Notes: a model not told the origin generated them from the letters alone. DNA of 64,000 bases from a bacterium HR21 (GCA_002898295.1 BEHX01000001.1:265473-329472), one strand, 5' to 3'. Counted from the stretch's first letter, positions 19,402 through 27,959 are shown. Made by a program: numbers and translations.

Positions 19402-21303
19402 TCATAGGCGCAGCTCTGCCGCAACCGTCATCGCTCGGACCTCTGGACTCTGAACGGGCAACCCCCAGAGCTGGAGCGGGCTGCTTCGGGAAAGCACCCC
19501 CAGGGAGAGCTCCAGCTGCATCCACGGTGCCAGCTCCCACCGCCCCCAGAGGGTTGCATAACTGCCGTAGCCGGTAAGAAAGTGCAACCGCGGGACACTC
19601 GTTGCCGCCCTCTCGTAAACCCATATCCCGAGCGCTGAGCTTGGAATAGCGTACACTCCCAGCCATGCCCGAAGCTCCCACCGCTCGGCACCCACTTCAG
19701 CTCCGGTCAGCAGCAGGAACGCTGCTTCATCGGGAAGCATGCGGGAACGCCACTCACCGCGCAGGCGCCAGCGGAAGCTCGGCAGGACTTGGACAGAGAG
19801 CTCTGCCCGCGCCGATACGAGCCGTTCCTCAAAGAGCTGCCACCAGGGCTTTGCGGACTTCGCCTCCCACTGTGTCCGGTACCGGAGCTGGAACCAAAGC
19901 TCGCTATAGCGCCCCCAACGCCCGCTCCAGCGGATCCCAAACTCACTCCCAGCCGTGGGCACTGGTTTCCCGTACGGCGCTGCTGGGGTGCGGAATACGT
20001 CTCCATAGAGTTGGATCCGCTGCCGCGAGCCGCGCCAGAGTACTCCAACGAAGAATCCCTCCTCATTGCTCACCATCCCTCCGCTCACACCCCCACTGCC
20101 GTATGGAGAACGCAAGCTATCGGGGAAGAAGCGGACAGCAAGGACAGCGTGGAAATTTCCTCGGCGGTACCGAAGAGCGCTCCTCCCACCTCTATTGCCG
20201 TGAGCATCCCGGAGCACTTCCCCCACCCACTCGCCCGAGCCAAAGTCGTAGCTCAGAGCAGCCGATAGCAAGGTGCCACGCTCTCCGAGGAACTGCCCTC
20301 GGCTTTCCGTCTGCAGAGGGCGGGAGTAGTGGAGTCCCAGTATCCCAACCAATGCCCGCAGTTTCCGCCATGACAACTCTGCAGCACCCCCATACGCCTG
20401 TTCCCGAAACGAGAACCGACGGCTCCTGTCCTGGTACGTGGCGAATATGCCATCGGTCACCACACTGCGAACAACTCCCAACGTATCCACTCGACCACTC
20501 CGTGGTGCTCTCGAGAACCAGCCAAGCCATATGCCGCGGAGTTCCCCCCATTGCCACTCCCAGCGAACAGCAACACCTCGGAAGAAGCGCTCTTCCCGCA
20601 CTGACCACCACGGCTCTACATCGCTCTTCCAGCGAAGCACGCTCCCTGCTGAAAATCCACTCCCCGAAAATCCTCCTCCACCCCAGAGGAGCAATCCCGT
20701 CGCACAACTGACTCGATAATCCCCAAACAGGCAGCGCACCCCCTGCCACGGCTCAGCCTGCAGTGAGATACTGACAAAATCTGCTACTCCAGGCTCCCCC
20801 GCGTCCTTATCCCAGCTGCATCCTAAGCGGAGCCACTGCCAGCCTGCTTGCGCCCATCCCTGGGTCCGAAGAAAAGAACCAAGCAGGCTCTCCTTCCCCG
20901 ACACGGCAACCAGCGGCACCGTTGTGACAGAGCGTACCCGTCCCCACCTACCCGGTGGTGGGGAACACTCCAGCGTCGTCGCCTGCTGGAGTACCCAAAG
21001 CTGCTCAGGTGTCAACGCCAAGCTATCACCGAGCTCGGCATAGGAAAGATGAGGAAAACGCTGCAGAAGTGCCCGAATCCGCCGGGCAATCCCTCCAGAT
21101 ATCCCGGGAAGGCGACTGAGCTCCGTAACGGTCGCCTGCAAAAGACAGAGCGGCGCGCGCCGATACCACTCAAACATCTCCAGCGTGCTCACAACCTCCT
21201 CCTCCTGAGCAAGCTCCTCCAGCAGCTCTGCTTCGAAGAGAGGGTGTTCCTGGGCAGAGAGCTCGACCAACGCGCACATCGCGAGTACTCCCCAGCCCCG
21301 CAT
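19402..21303 (-). CDS. Helix-hairpin-helix (ComEA-like) domain outer-membrane protein
   Basis: N-terminal QATVTELSRLPGISGGIARRI HhH motif, then DKDAGE and GDY...GLLLW as in Bacteroidota ComEA-family barrel proteins. Confidence 0.7.
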   Translation of the reverse strand: MRGWGVLAMCALVELSAQEHPLFEAELLEELAQEEEVVSTLEMFEWYRRAPLCLLQATVTELSRLPGISGGIARRIRALLQRFPHLSYAELGDSLALTPEQLWVLQQATTLECSPPPGRWGRVRSVTTVPLVAVSGKESLLGSFLRTQGWAQAGWQWLRLGCSWDKDAGEPGVADFVSISLQAEPWQGVRCLFGDYRVSCATGLLLWGGGGFSGSGFSAGSVLRWKSDVEPWWSVREERFFRGVAVRWEWQWGELRGIWLGWFSRAPRSGRVDTLGVVRSVVTDGIFATYQDRSRRFSFREQAYGGAAELSWRKLRALVGILGLHYSRPLQTESRGQFLGERGTLLSAALSYDFGSGEWVGEVLRDAHGNRGGRSALRYRRGNFHAVLAVRFFPDSLRSPYGSGGVSGGMVSNEEGFFVGVLWRGSRQRIQLYGDVFRTPAAPYGKPVPTAGSEFGIRWSGRWGRYSELWFQLRYRTQWEAKSAKPWWQLFEERLVSARAELSVQVLPSFRWRLRGEWRSRMLPDEAAFLLLTGAEVGAERWELRAWLGVYAIPSSALGIWVYERAATSVPRLHFLTGYGSYATLWGRWELAPWMQLELSLGVLSRSSPLQLWGLPVQSPEVRAMTVAAELRL

Positions 21304-22089
21304 TCACTCCCCCCAGCGATAGAGGAGCACAAATCGCTGCGACCATCCGAGCGCTGAATGGAAACCCAGAGTACACTCGAGAGCATATTCCCGAAGCCGG
21401 ACGAGGAACGAGAAGCGTACCTGTGGTGGTGAGCTCCCGAGCTGGAGTGTCAGTGTGGTGTGTGGGATGGGGGTGGTGTTTGTGGTGAGGTAGAAGGTGG
21501 GTGGGGCAAGCGTTGCAATAACGGCATCAACTGATGCTCCCCAGCCCTCCTCCTCCCACCCCCACCCAACTGTGACCCGCTGCCCCACTCCAACGCCCCT
21601 CCCCCAGCGACGCGGTACAACATCCTCCACGCTCACCCCAGCTTTGAGCCGTGGCGCAACCTGAACGCGAGCCCCGAGATCCATTCTGCCCCACCATCGC
21701 GCTGGGACCCCTTCCACGGCATACCGCACGACTTCTGTTGCCACCCCCGCATGGAAGAAGTCCGTCACTCCAAGCCCGATGGCTGTCCGCAGGCTGAGCT
21801 GTGAGAACTTCCCCGTTGCCCGACCCCGCAGCTCTGCCCCCCAGCTCCACCATCCTGTCCCAGGCACAACCACACCGAGCATCCCCCAGTGCAACTCCGG
21901 TAGCCCAAATCGTGACGGCTCGTAGCCGAGCCATCCATACCGCTCGAACTGCCCCACAAGAGCCGGATTTGACAAGTAAACCGGCACCACCACTCCAACT
22001 CCGCTGACCTGCGCTCTGCCGGGAAGCACTCCGCAGCACACAACAGCCCCCAAGGCAAAAGCTCGTATTTTCGAATGTCTGTCAAGCAT
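21304..22089 (-). CDS. Hypothetical outer-membrane beta-barrel protein (PorV-like), upstream of the HhH gene
   Basis: Signal peptide, NPALV...RFGLPEL and C-terminal HSALGWSQ. Contains motif copy 2. Confidence 0.6.
   Translation of the reverse strand: MLDRHSKIRAFALGAVVCCGVLPGRAQVSGVGVVVPVYLSNPALVGQFERYGWLGYEPSRFGLPELHWGMLGVVVPGTGWWSWGAELRGRATGKFSQLSLRTAIGLGVTDFFHAGVATEVVRYAVEGVPARWWGRMDLGARVQVAPRLKAGVSVEDVVPRRWGRGVGVGQRVTVGWGWEEEGWGASVDAVIATLAPPTFYLTTNTTPIPHTTLTLQLGSSPPQVRFSFLVRLREYALECTLGFHSALGWSQRFVLLYRWGE
21513..21525 (+). repeat. 13-bp motif TTGCAATAACGGC, copy 2, at a local GC-skew inversion
   Basis: No C in 21452-21506 (55 nt). 45 C versus 6 G in 21537-21606. Confidence 0.9.
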
Positions 22090-22103
22090 CCTCCCGCCTC
22101 CGC

Positions 22104-23009
22104 ATGGCAAAGATACTGCCTTTAGGGAAGTTCCAGGCTCTCCTGCTAACGCTCCTCGGAAGCTCCTTTCCCCTTGCTGCCCAGGAACTACAGGCACGCG
22201 TGAGCGTGATCACCGACGCATTGCCTCCGGAGCATCGCTACGATATCGCAACCCTCCAGCAGGATTTGGAGCAGTATCTCAACTCCCAGCGCTTCGGGAC
22301 CCACGACTGGGAAGGTGAGCGCGTCCCTGTCGAGCTGACGATTGTCGTGACCGGGAAGAATGGCTCCTGGTACACTGCTCAGCTGCTCTTCCAGTCCTTC
22401 CGGATTCTCCAAAGCGGTGGGAAAACCCCTCTCCTCCTCTTGGCAGACCCCGACTGGAGCTTCCGCTACACTCGTGGTGCATTCCTGAGCTACCAGCCGC
22501 TGCGCTACGACCCTCTTCTAACCCCGATTGATTTCGCTGTCTTGCTGGCTCTTGGTCTTGACAGCGATACCTATGAGGAACTTGGGGGCACACCGTACTT
22601 CCAGCAGGCACACAACCTTGCCCAGATAGCAGCCTCCCAGAACGCCAAAGGCTTCGAGACTTTCACCGAACCTGGACAGTTCAGTCGCCTTGCCCTCAGC
22701 GCTGAATACCTGCACCCCCGCATGGAGTTCTTCCGGCGCTTCCTCTTCGCTTACCACGTTGACGGATTGGAGCAACTCGCGCACAACCCGCCCGCAGCCC
22801 TCTCCACTCTCGACAGCCTCCTGACAGAGCTGCTCTCCTTCAAGGAACGCCTTGGTGTCCCCAGCCTTGCCCTCCAGCTCTTCTTCGACGCCAAGTACCA
22901 GGAGCTCATCAACATCTTCCGTACCTGGAATTCACCCACGCTGCTGGCACGCCTCCGCGCTCTTGATCCCAAGCACGGTACCGACTACGAGCGCGGGCTC
23001 GGACAGTGA
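22104..23009 (+). CDS. DUF4835 family protein (T9SS component PorD-like)
   Basis: AQELQARVSV start, DPDWSFRY, LGLDSDTYEELGGTPYF, YHVDGL, FFDAKYQE and DPKH. Confidence 0.75.
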   Translation: MAKILPLGKFQALLLTLLGSSFPLAAQELQARVSVITDALPPEHRYDIATLQQDLEQYLNSQRFGTHDWEGERVPVELTIVVTGKNGSWYTAQLLFQSFRILQSGGKTPLLLLADPDWSFRYTRGAFLSYQPLRYDPLLTPIDFAVLLALGLDSDTYEELGGTPYFQQAHNLAQIAASQNAKGFETFTEPGQFSRLALSAEYLHPRMEFFRRFLFAYHVDGLEQLAHNPPAALSTLDSLLTELLSFKERLGVPSLALQLFFDAKYQELINIFRTWNSPTLLARLRALDPKHGTDYERGLGQ

Positions 23010-24875
23010 CTACTCCAGAAACCCCCACGTTAGCTCGAATACCAAGCTCCGCCCGGGCTGAGGATACCACGGCATCTGGTACCAAGGCACGTTGAGCAGG
23101 TTACGGAGAGCAAGCCGCACATACGCCATCCCTAGCCGCGCGGCAATTCGTAACTCCCCACCGGAGTGCTGGAACACCTTGCTCCCCTCCGCCTGGTGCA
23201 GACTCCAGAGGATCGGGGAGAGGCGAAGAGGCGCAACTCGGAAAAGCTCCCAACTGACTTCCCCCCGGAGAAGGCTCTGTCCGAAACGACGCTCGGTACG
23301 GACGCTGAACACCACCCGTGCAGTACGCCAGACCGCCTCAGCGAGCGGGAGGGCATCGAAGGCAAGCTCAAGCTCCCCTCCGAGAAGGGCATACCAGAGC
23401 TGTCCCCAGAGGAGGAGTCCGCTCTGAGGAGCTTGGCTTGGGGCAGGAGGAGAGGGGTTTGTAGGTGGTGTTCCACTTGCAATAACGGCGTTTAGGAGCC
23501 GCTGCCCAATGACCCCTGCTTTCCACCCCCATCCCCTATCCCCCCACCCAATCTCCCCCAGCGCTTGGAGAATTTCCTCGCCTTCCCCCGTTTCCACTGC
23601 CGCCTGGGAACGTCTACCCCGGCACAGATCAGCACGCCACCACCCCTTTCCCCAACGCCCCATCGCACCCACCCCGCCAGTAATGACCGCATCCCCTTCG
23701 TCAAGCCCCAGCCGCACCCCCGCCTGGAGTATCGCTTCTCCCAGCCCCCAGCGCCCGAGAAGATACCCAGCGGCTCGCCGTCGCTCAAGCTGACTGGCAA
23801 AGGAAAGCTGGGGGCTACGCCCCATCTCCCCCATGAGACCCGCCACCCACCTTCCGCCCGCAGCCGAAGCAAGTTCACCCTGGAGGCGGATACCGAGTTG
23901 CCACGTCCGCCAGTGCTCGTCCTGGGCGCCTCTGTCCGCAGATTCGCCCCAGTGACGCTCCCAGAGCACCGGCACGTACCACAGCTGCGCTACGACATTC
24001 CGCTGCGAATCTGGCTGCCACAGCATCGTCAACGTCACATCATGTCGGTAGAGGCGGTCGTTGAGCTCCTCGAACACAGGGCGCGCAGCCAGAGGGTCCC
24101 ACCATGTTGGAGTGGCAGCGGCATCAATGCCGCCGTTGAGCCCGAGAACCCACTGCGTGAAGAGCTCGCTCAGCGTGACCGACAGCTGTGGCAGCGGTAC
24201 CCAGTGGAGGCGCAGGCGGACATTCCATCCATTGCTTCCCCCGTTAGCAAAGCGTCCCTCCGAACTGAGCCGTCGGTATCCTCCCGTCAATTCCCAGGCA
24301 GGATGAGGACTGAGCACGAACATCCCATCGGAGCCCCCGACTCCGTATGCCGCGTTGAGGTACCACAGACGCGAGAGGAGCCGCCCAGTACGCCATGTCG
24401 GTTCTACAACATTGAGAGCAATCCCCAACGCATCCCACGTCAGCACAACAGCCTCCGTCCCCTGCAGCACCTCAACCCTGCCGACAAACTCCGGTGGATA
24501 CAACTCCGGCGACATTACTCCAAAGGTTAGCTCCTGCCACGGACGCCCGTTGAGACAGAGCGCCACCCCACGCGGTGAAACTCTCCCGACCATGAGCGTA
24601 TGCCAGCCTCCCGCCTCGCCTGTGTGGAGGCTACCCAAAGGGATGGCAGAACGCAGGAGCTCTGTCATCCCGATGTAAACTCGCCACGGAATATCTTCGG
24701 CGCGGAGCACTACCGGAGGTGGCTCCCCAACTCGTGCCTGCCCATACCCCTCCGGACCAAGGCGGCGAAAGACCACTGGCGCGGCTGTATCAGGCTCGTT
24801 CCCACCCCGGCATGGGATGACCGTTGCCAGCGAAAGCCACCATAGCGCCGAAAGATGGGATACCCGTACCCTCAT
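23010..24875 (-). CDS. Putative porin / TonB-plug-containing outer-membrane protein
   Basis: Plug-like LNGRP...RVEVLQG, GLNGGI, and terminal NLLN...PGRSLVFELTWGFLE. Contains motif copy 3. Confidence 0.65.
   Translation of the reverse strand: MRVRVSHLSALWWLSLATVIPCRGGNEPDTAAPVVFRRLGPEGYGQARVGEPPPVVLRAEDIPWRVYIGMTELLRSAIPLGSLHTGEAGGWHTLMVGRVSPRGVALCLNGRPWQELTFGVMSPELYPPEFVGRVEVLQGTEAVVLTWDALGIALNVVEPTWRTGRLLSRLWYLNAAYGVGGSDGMFVLSPHPAWELTGGYRRLSSEGRFANGGSNGWNVRLRLHWVPLPQLSVTLSELFTQWVLGLNGGIDAAATPTWWDPLAARPVFEELNDRLYRHDVTLTMLWQPDSQRNVVAQLWYVPVLWERHWGESADRGAQDEHWRTWQLGIRLQGELASAAGGRWVAGLMGEMGRSPQLSFASQLERRRAAGYLLGRWGLGEAILQAGVRLGLDEGDAVITGGVGAMGRWGKGWWRADLCRGRRSQAAVETGEGEEILQALGEIGWGDRGWGWKAGVIGQRLLNAVIASGTPPTNPSPPAPSQAPQSGLLLWGQLWYALLGGELELAFDALPLAEAVWRTARVVFSVRTERRFGQSLLRGEVSWELFRVAPLRLSPILWSLHQAEGSKVFQHSGGELRIAARLGMAYVRLALRNLLNVPWYQMPWYPQPGRSLVFELTWGFLE
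23477..23489 (+). repeat. 13-bp motif TTGCAATAACGGC, copy 3, at a local GC-skew inversion
   Basis: No C in 23445-23472. No G in 23519-23560 (42 nt). Confidence 0.9.
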
Positions 24876-24940
24876 TGCCAGACGCGACCGTGCCGTCCCC
24901 TCTCCGGGAACGGCACGGTATCTCCAAGGCGCCACCGGCG

Positions 24941-27898
24941 TTACCGTACGAGCACAAGGCGTCCATCAGAGCGCAGCAGGCGCCCGTCCTCTGTCCGCAG
25001 CCGCACTGTATAGGCGTAGCTACCTGGCGCAACCGTCTCCAGCGGGATGCGCACCGACTCTTGGACACCGTCGTAGCTGCCATGCCACACCTGCCGTCCA
25101 TCAACTCCATAGACAGCGACCTCCACCTCACCACTGCTGGGCAGTTGCAGCACAAGGTAGAGCTCCCGTCCATCGGAGACGGTCGGGCGCACGCTGGCTT
25201 GGAATTCCTCAGGGTAGTCGTAGAGGACCGTCACGGAGCGGAGGAAGTGGACGGTGCCATCATCATCGACGCTTTCCAGGACGTACGTGTACTGGTGCCC
25301 CCGCCGGAGTTCCCGGCGGTCTGTGTAGTGGTAATCCCGTCCCATCGGGGTTGAGCCCATACCTCGGAGCTCGGGATGAGTCTCGTACGAGGCAAGGAGT
25401 TCAAAAGGACCGTCTCCTGTTGCATCATCCCGGCGCCAGAGGCGAAAGCCCAGGTTCCGCTCCTCAGAGGCAGTCCGCCAGCTCAACACTATACCTTCCC
25501 GCCGCGGCTGTGCGAGGAAAAACTCCAGCTGCACAGGGAGTGCGAAATCGCCACTACGCCCGTTGGAGAAGTAAAACTCGCCGTTGATGTTGCCATAACT
25601 GGCGTCAATCGGGGTCTGCCCAACCCCTTGGAAGGTGGTAAGGGCAACAGTCACCGAACTGGAAGATCCCATCGCATAGCCGAATGAGCTCAGGTCGCTG
25701 GCGCGGGGGAAGAGATCCGTAAAGCCATGCCCAACCCACCGGTAGACCCGCATCGCGTTGGGATTCTGTCCGTTGAGCTCGACAGTGTTGTTGGGATTGT
25801 AGCTCAGCGTGATGTCGTGTCCCGCCGTATTGCCCTGGTTTGTCGCGACGAGTTTGTACCCGCGCAACACATTCCCCGGCACCCCTGGTCCGAGCACATT
25901 GGAGAAGTTTCGCACGAAAGGCGAGCCCAGCCACCGTGTGACTGTCGTAGAGCCGAGGAAGTTCGTCGTGCTGGATCCTGTCGTAATGCTCAACCCAATA
26001 TTGCCGAAGCTGTAGGTTGTCCCTGCCGCAGAGATGTTCTCGGTCGCTTCCACCGTGCCGTAGAGCTTCCCATCATCGCCTGTTGCCGTCTCGACCAACG
26101 TTGCCCCGGTGGAGCGGTCCAAAATGACCTTATAGGTTCCCTGCGTGGTTCCCTTCGCGCCGCTGCCAACTGTCAGCGTCCCCTTGACTGTCACATCAGC
26201 CTGTGGGAAGGTCTTTGTTCCACCGGTAGTGAGCTGGAGGTTGTAGTACGTGGTGTTGAAGATGTGCTGGTCACCGTTACGATCGTAAATAACTGTCGAG
26301 TTCGGCTCTGTAGTCAAGCTGGTAAAGCCGACCCCAGGGAGGTCTGGGCTTGCACCGGGCGCATTGGGAATGCGCAGCGTTGCCCCGGATTTGACCGTCA
26401 CGCTGTTGGTGGCGCTGACAGGGTTGATCTTGTAGCCATTCATGTTCAGCACTGGGGCATCGCTCCCCGTACCGACGATGACCGTCGCTGCGTTGAAGTT
26501 ACCGGTCATTGTCTTCGTCGTGTTGTTCCCCTCGAGCCTCACCGTACCATTGAACGTGTAACCGCTCGGGAGGTTCTGGTTCGCGTTGAAGGCGATGAAG
26601 CGGACGGTCCCATTCCACGTTGTGGGAAAACCGTTGTAATTCGTCCCGATTGCCCCGCGAACGATATACGTATTGTTCGACTGTGTGGTTGGAGTGTTTG
26701 TGACGCTGAAACCATCGGTATCGAACTGTGTGTCCAGCGTGAAGTTATCATTGTCCAAAACGAGCGTCGTGACCAAGCAGGTCCCCGGCTCCAGAGTCTT
26801 CGTCCCGCTCCCGCTGAAGCGGAGGGTCTGATATGCCGAGCCGTCCGGGAGAGAGACGTCCACCGATTGGTCCCCGTTACGGCGGTACCACACCGTGGTA
26901 TTCCCCCACGTATAGGTCGGATTTGCGCCGAAAACGTAGTTCGACCCGGTACCACCGGTGAAAGCAAGTCCACGCACCTCAAAGGTCACAGTTCCAAAAT
27001 TGTGTGTTGCGTTATTCCCTTGGAAGGAGAAGCGCCCCGAGGCATTATCGGCAGCTTGGGTGAAGGTTACCGAGGAGTTGGTCCCGGTTCCGTAGTTGTG
27101 TGTCACCCCACCGGCACTGAAGCTGAGGATGTAGTTCCCGCTCGCGTTCATGCTGAGAGTGACGTTCGTGTTGTTCGCGCTGGCGATGGTATTGGCGCCT
27201 CCGTTGAGGGAGACGGAGGCAGCTATGTTGACGTTGATGGTGACAGAGGTGTTGATGGTGATGTTATCCCCGTTGGCGGGAACCCCATCAGGATTCCAGT
27301 TTGCGGCATCGTTCCAGTTCGTTGTCCCCGCTCCCCCGTCCCAGGTGCGCAGCGTCGAGATGCCCTCAGGGATCCGCACCTTCGACCAGTCCTTCAGCGG
27401 AGCACTGCCAGGGATACCAGCGTACTCCTGCCCATCGCTCAGGGCGACAACCACTCCTAAATCACCCACGATGAGCCGCTCGGGTGCAAGCCGATAGCAC
27501 TCGGTGAAGGTGCGCTCCTCGGGAACAAGCAGCGTCCCATTGAGCCTGAGCGCACCACGGACCTCGAGGAAGGCTCCTGGCGCTTGGGGATCTACGAGAG
27601 CGAAGTTCGTCACATGGGCGTCGCCCCAGACTGTCAGCGGTGCTGTAAGCGTCAGGGTTGCTTTCGAGATCGTCAGACTCCGGCACTCGGCAGGGTGCGA
27701 GACGAAGATCCAGCTGTGGATGAGCACATCATCCTCTGGTGTTGGGACCCCATACGGTCGCCAGTTTGCTGGGTCATGCCATTGCTGAAGCTCAGGGCGA
27801 ACCTCGTTCGTGACCGGCGGTGACCAGATCTTCTGTGTTGCCAGAGCAACAATGCCTCCCGACAGGAGCCAGGCGAGGGACAGGACGAAGCGTTGCAT
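24941..27898 (-). CDS. Large secreted Asn/Thr/Gly-rich surface protein (beta-helix adhesin-like) with T9SS-type C-terminus
   Basis: Signal peptide, two W-x-D-x-A-N-W-x-P-x-G-V-P repeats, LPVQLEFFLA...LSWRTASE module and CTD-like end (GSYAYTVR...GRLVLVR). Confidence 0.7.
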   Translation of the reverse strand: MQRFVLSLAWLLSGGIVALATQKIWSPPVTNEVRPELQQWHDPANWRPYGVPTPEDDVLIHSWIFVSHPAECRSLTISKATLTLTAPLTVWGDAHVTNFALVDPQAPGAFLEVRGALRLNGTLLVPEERTFTECYRLAPERLIVGDLGVVVALSDGQEYAGIPGSAPLKDWSKVRIPEGISTLRTWDGGAGTTNWNDAANWNPDGVPANGDNITINTSVTINVNIAASVSLNGGANTIASANNTNVTLSMNASGNYILSFSAGGVTHNYGTGTNSSVTFTQAADNASGRFSFQGNNATHNFGTVTFEVRGLAFTGGTGSNYVFGANPTYTWGNTTVWYRRNGDQSVDVSLPDGSAYQTLRFSGSGTKTLEPGTCLVTTLVLDNDNFTLDTQFDTDGFSVTNTPTTQSNNTYIVRGAIGTNYNGFPTTWNGTVRFIAFNANQNLPSGYTFNGTVRLEGNNTTKTMTGNFNAATVIVGTGSDAPVLNMNGYKINPVSATNSVTVKSGATLRIPNAPGASPDLPGVGFTSLTTEPNSTVIYDRNGDQHIFNTTYYNLQLTTGGTKTFPQADVTVKGTLTVGSGAKGTTQGTYKVILDRSTGATLVETATGDDGKLYGTVEATENISAAGTTYSFGNIGLSITTGSSTTNFLGSTTVTRWLGSPFVRNFSNVLGPGVPGNVLRGYKLVATNQGNTAGHDITLSYNPNNTVELNGQNPNAMRVYRWVGHGFTDLFPRASDLSSFGYAMGSSSSVTVALTTFQGVGQTPIDASYGNINGEFYFSNGRSGDFALPVQLEFFLAQPRREGIVLSWRTASEERNLGFRLWRRDDATGDGPFELLASYETHPELRGMGSTPMGRDYHYTDRRELRRGHQYTYVLESVDDDGTVHFLRSVTVLYDYPEEFQASVRPTVSDGRELYLVLQLPSSGEVEVAVYGVDGRQVWHGSYDGVQESVRIPLETVAPGSYAYTVRLRTEDGRLLRSDGRLVLVR

Positions 27899-27959
27899 GG
27901 GGTTCCCTCCAGGTTTGTCACATACACACCGTCCACAGCATAGCATAGCAGGACAGCCG

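Noticed and set aside
21500-21525. Motif as a sigma-54 -24/-12 promoter (TTGCA)
   Set aside because: No TGGCAC-type -24 element lies at the required spacing where I checked (the GGCA at copy 2 is 2 nt too close), and two copies are intragenic.
21452-21606. G-rich and C-rich arms as a true inverted repeat (hairpin or cruciform)
   Set aside because: The arms are complementary only in composition. Manual alignment gave no extended exact stem at copy 2 or copy 3.
7185-23489. The three 13-mers as CRISPR repeats, IS ends or REP elements
   Set aside because: They are too short, spaced 2-14 kb apart, with no spacers, cas or transposase genes, target duplications or shared flanking sequence.
25727-27460. 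Long antisense ORFs (577 aa here; also 41584-42936, 32685-33773, 55626-56813, 63248-63892)
   Set aside because: Shadow frames opposite well-supported genes in a GC-rich genome, with no recognisable motifs.
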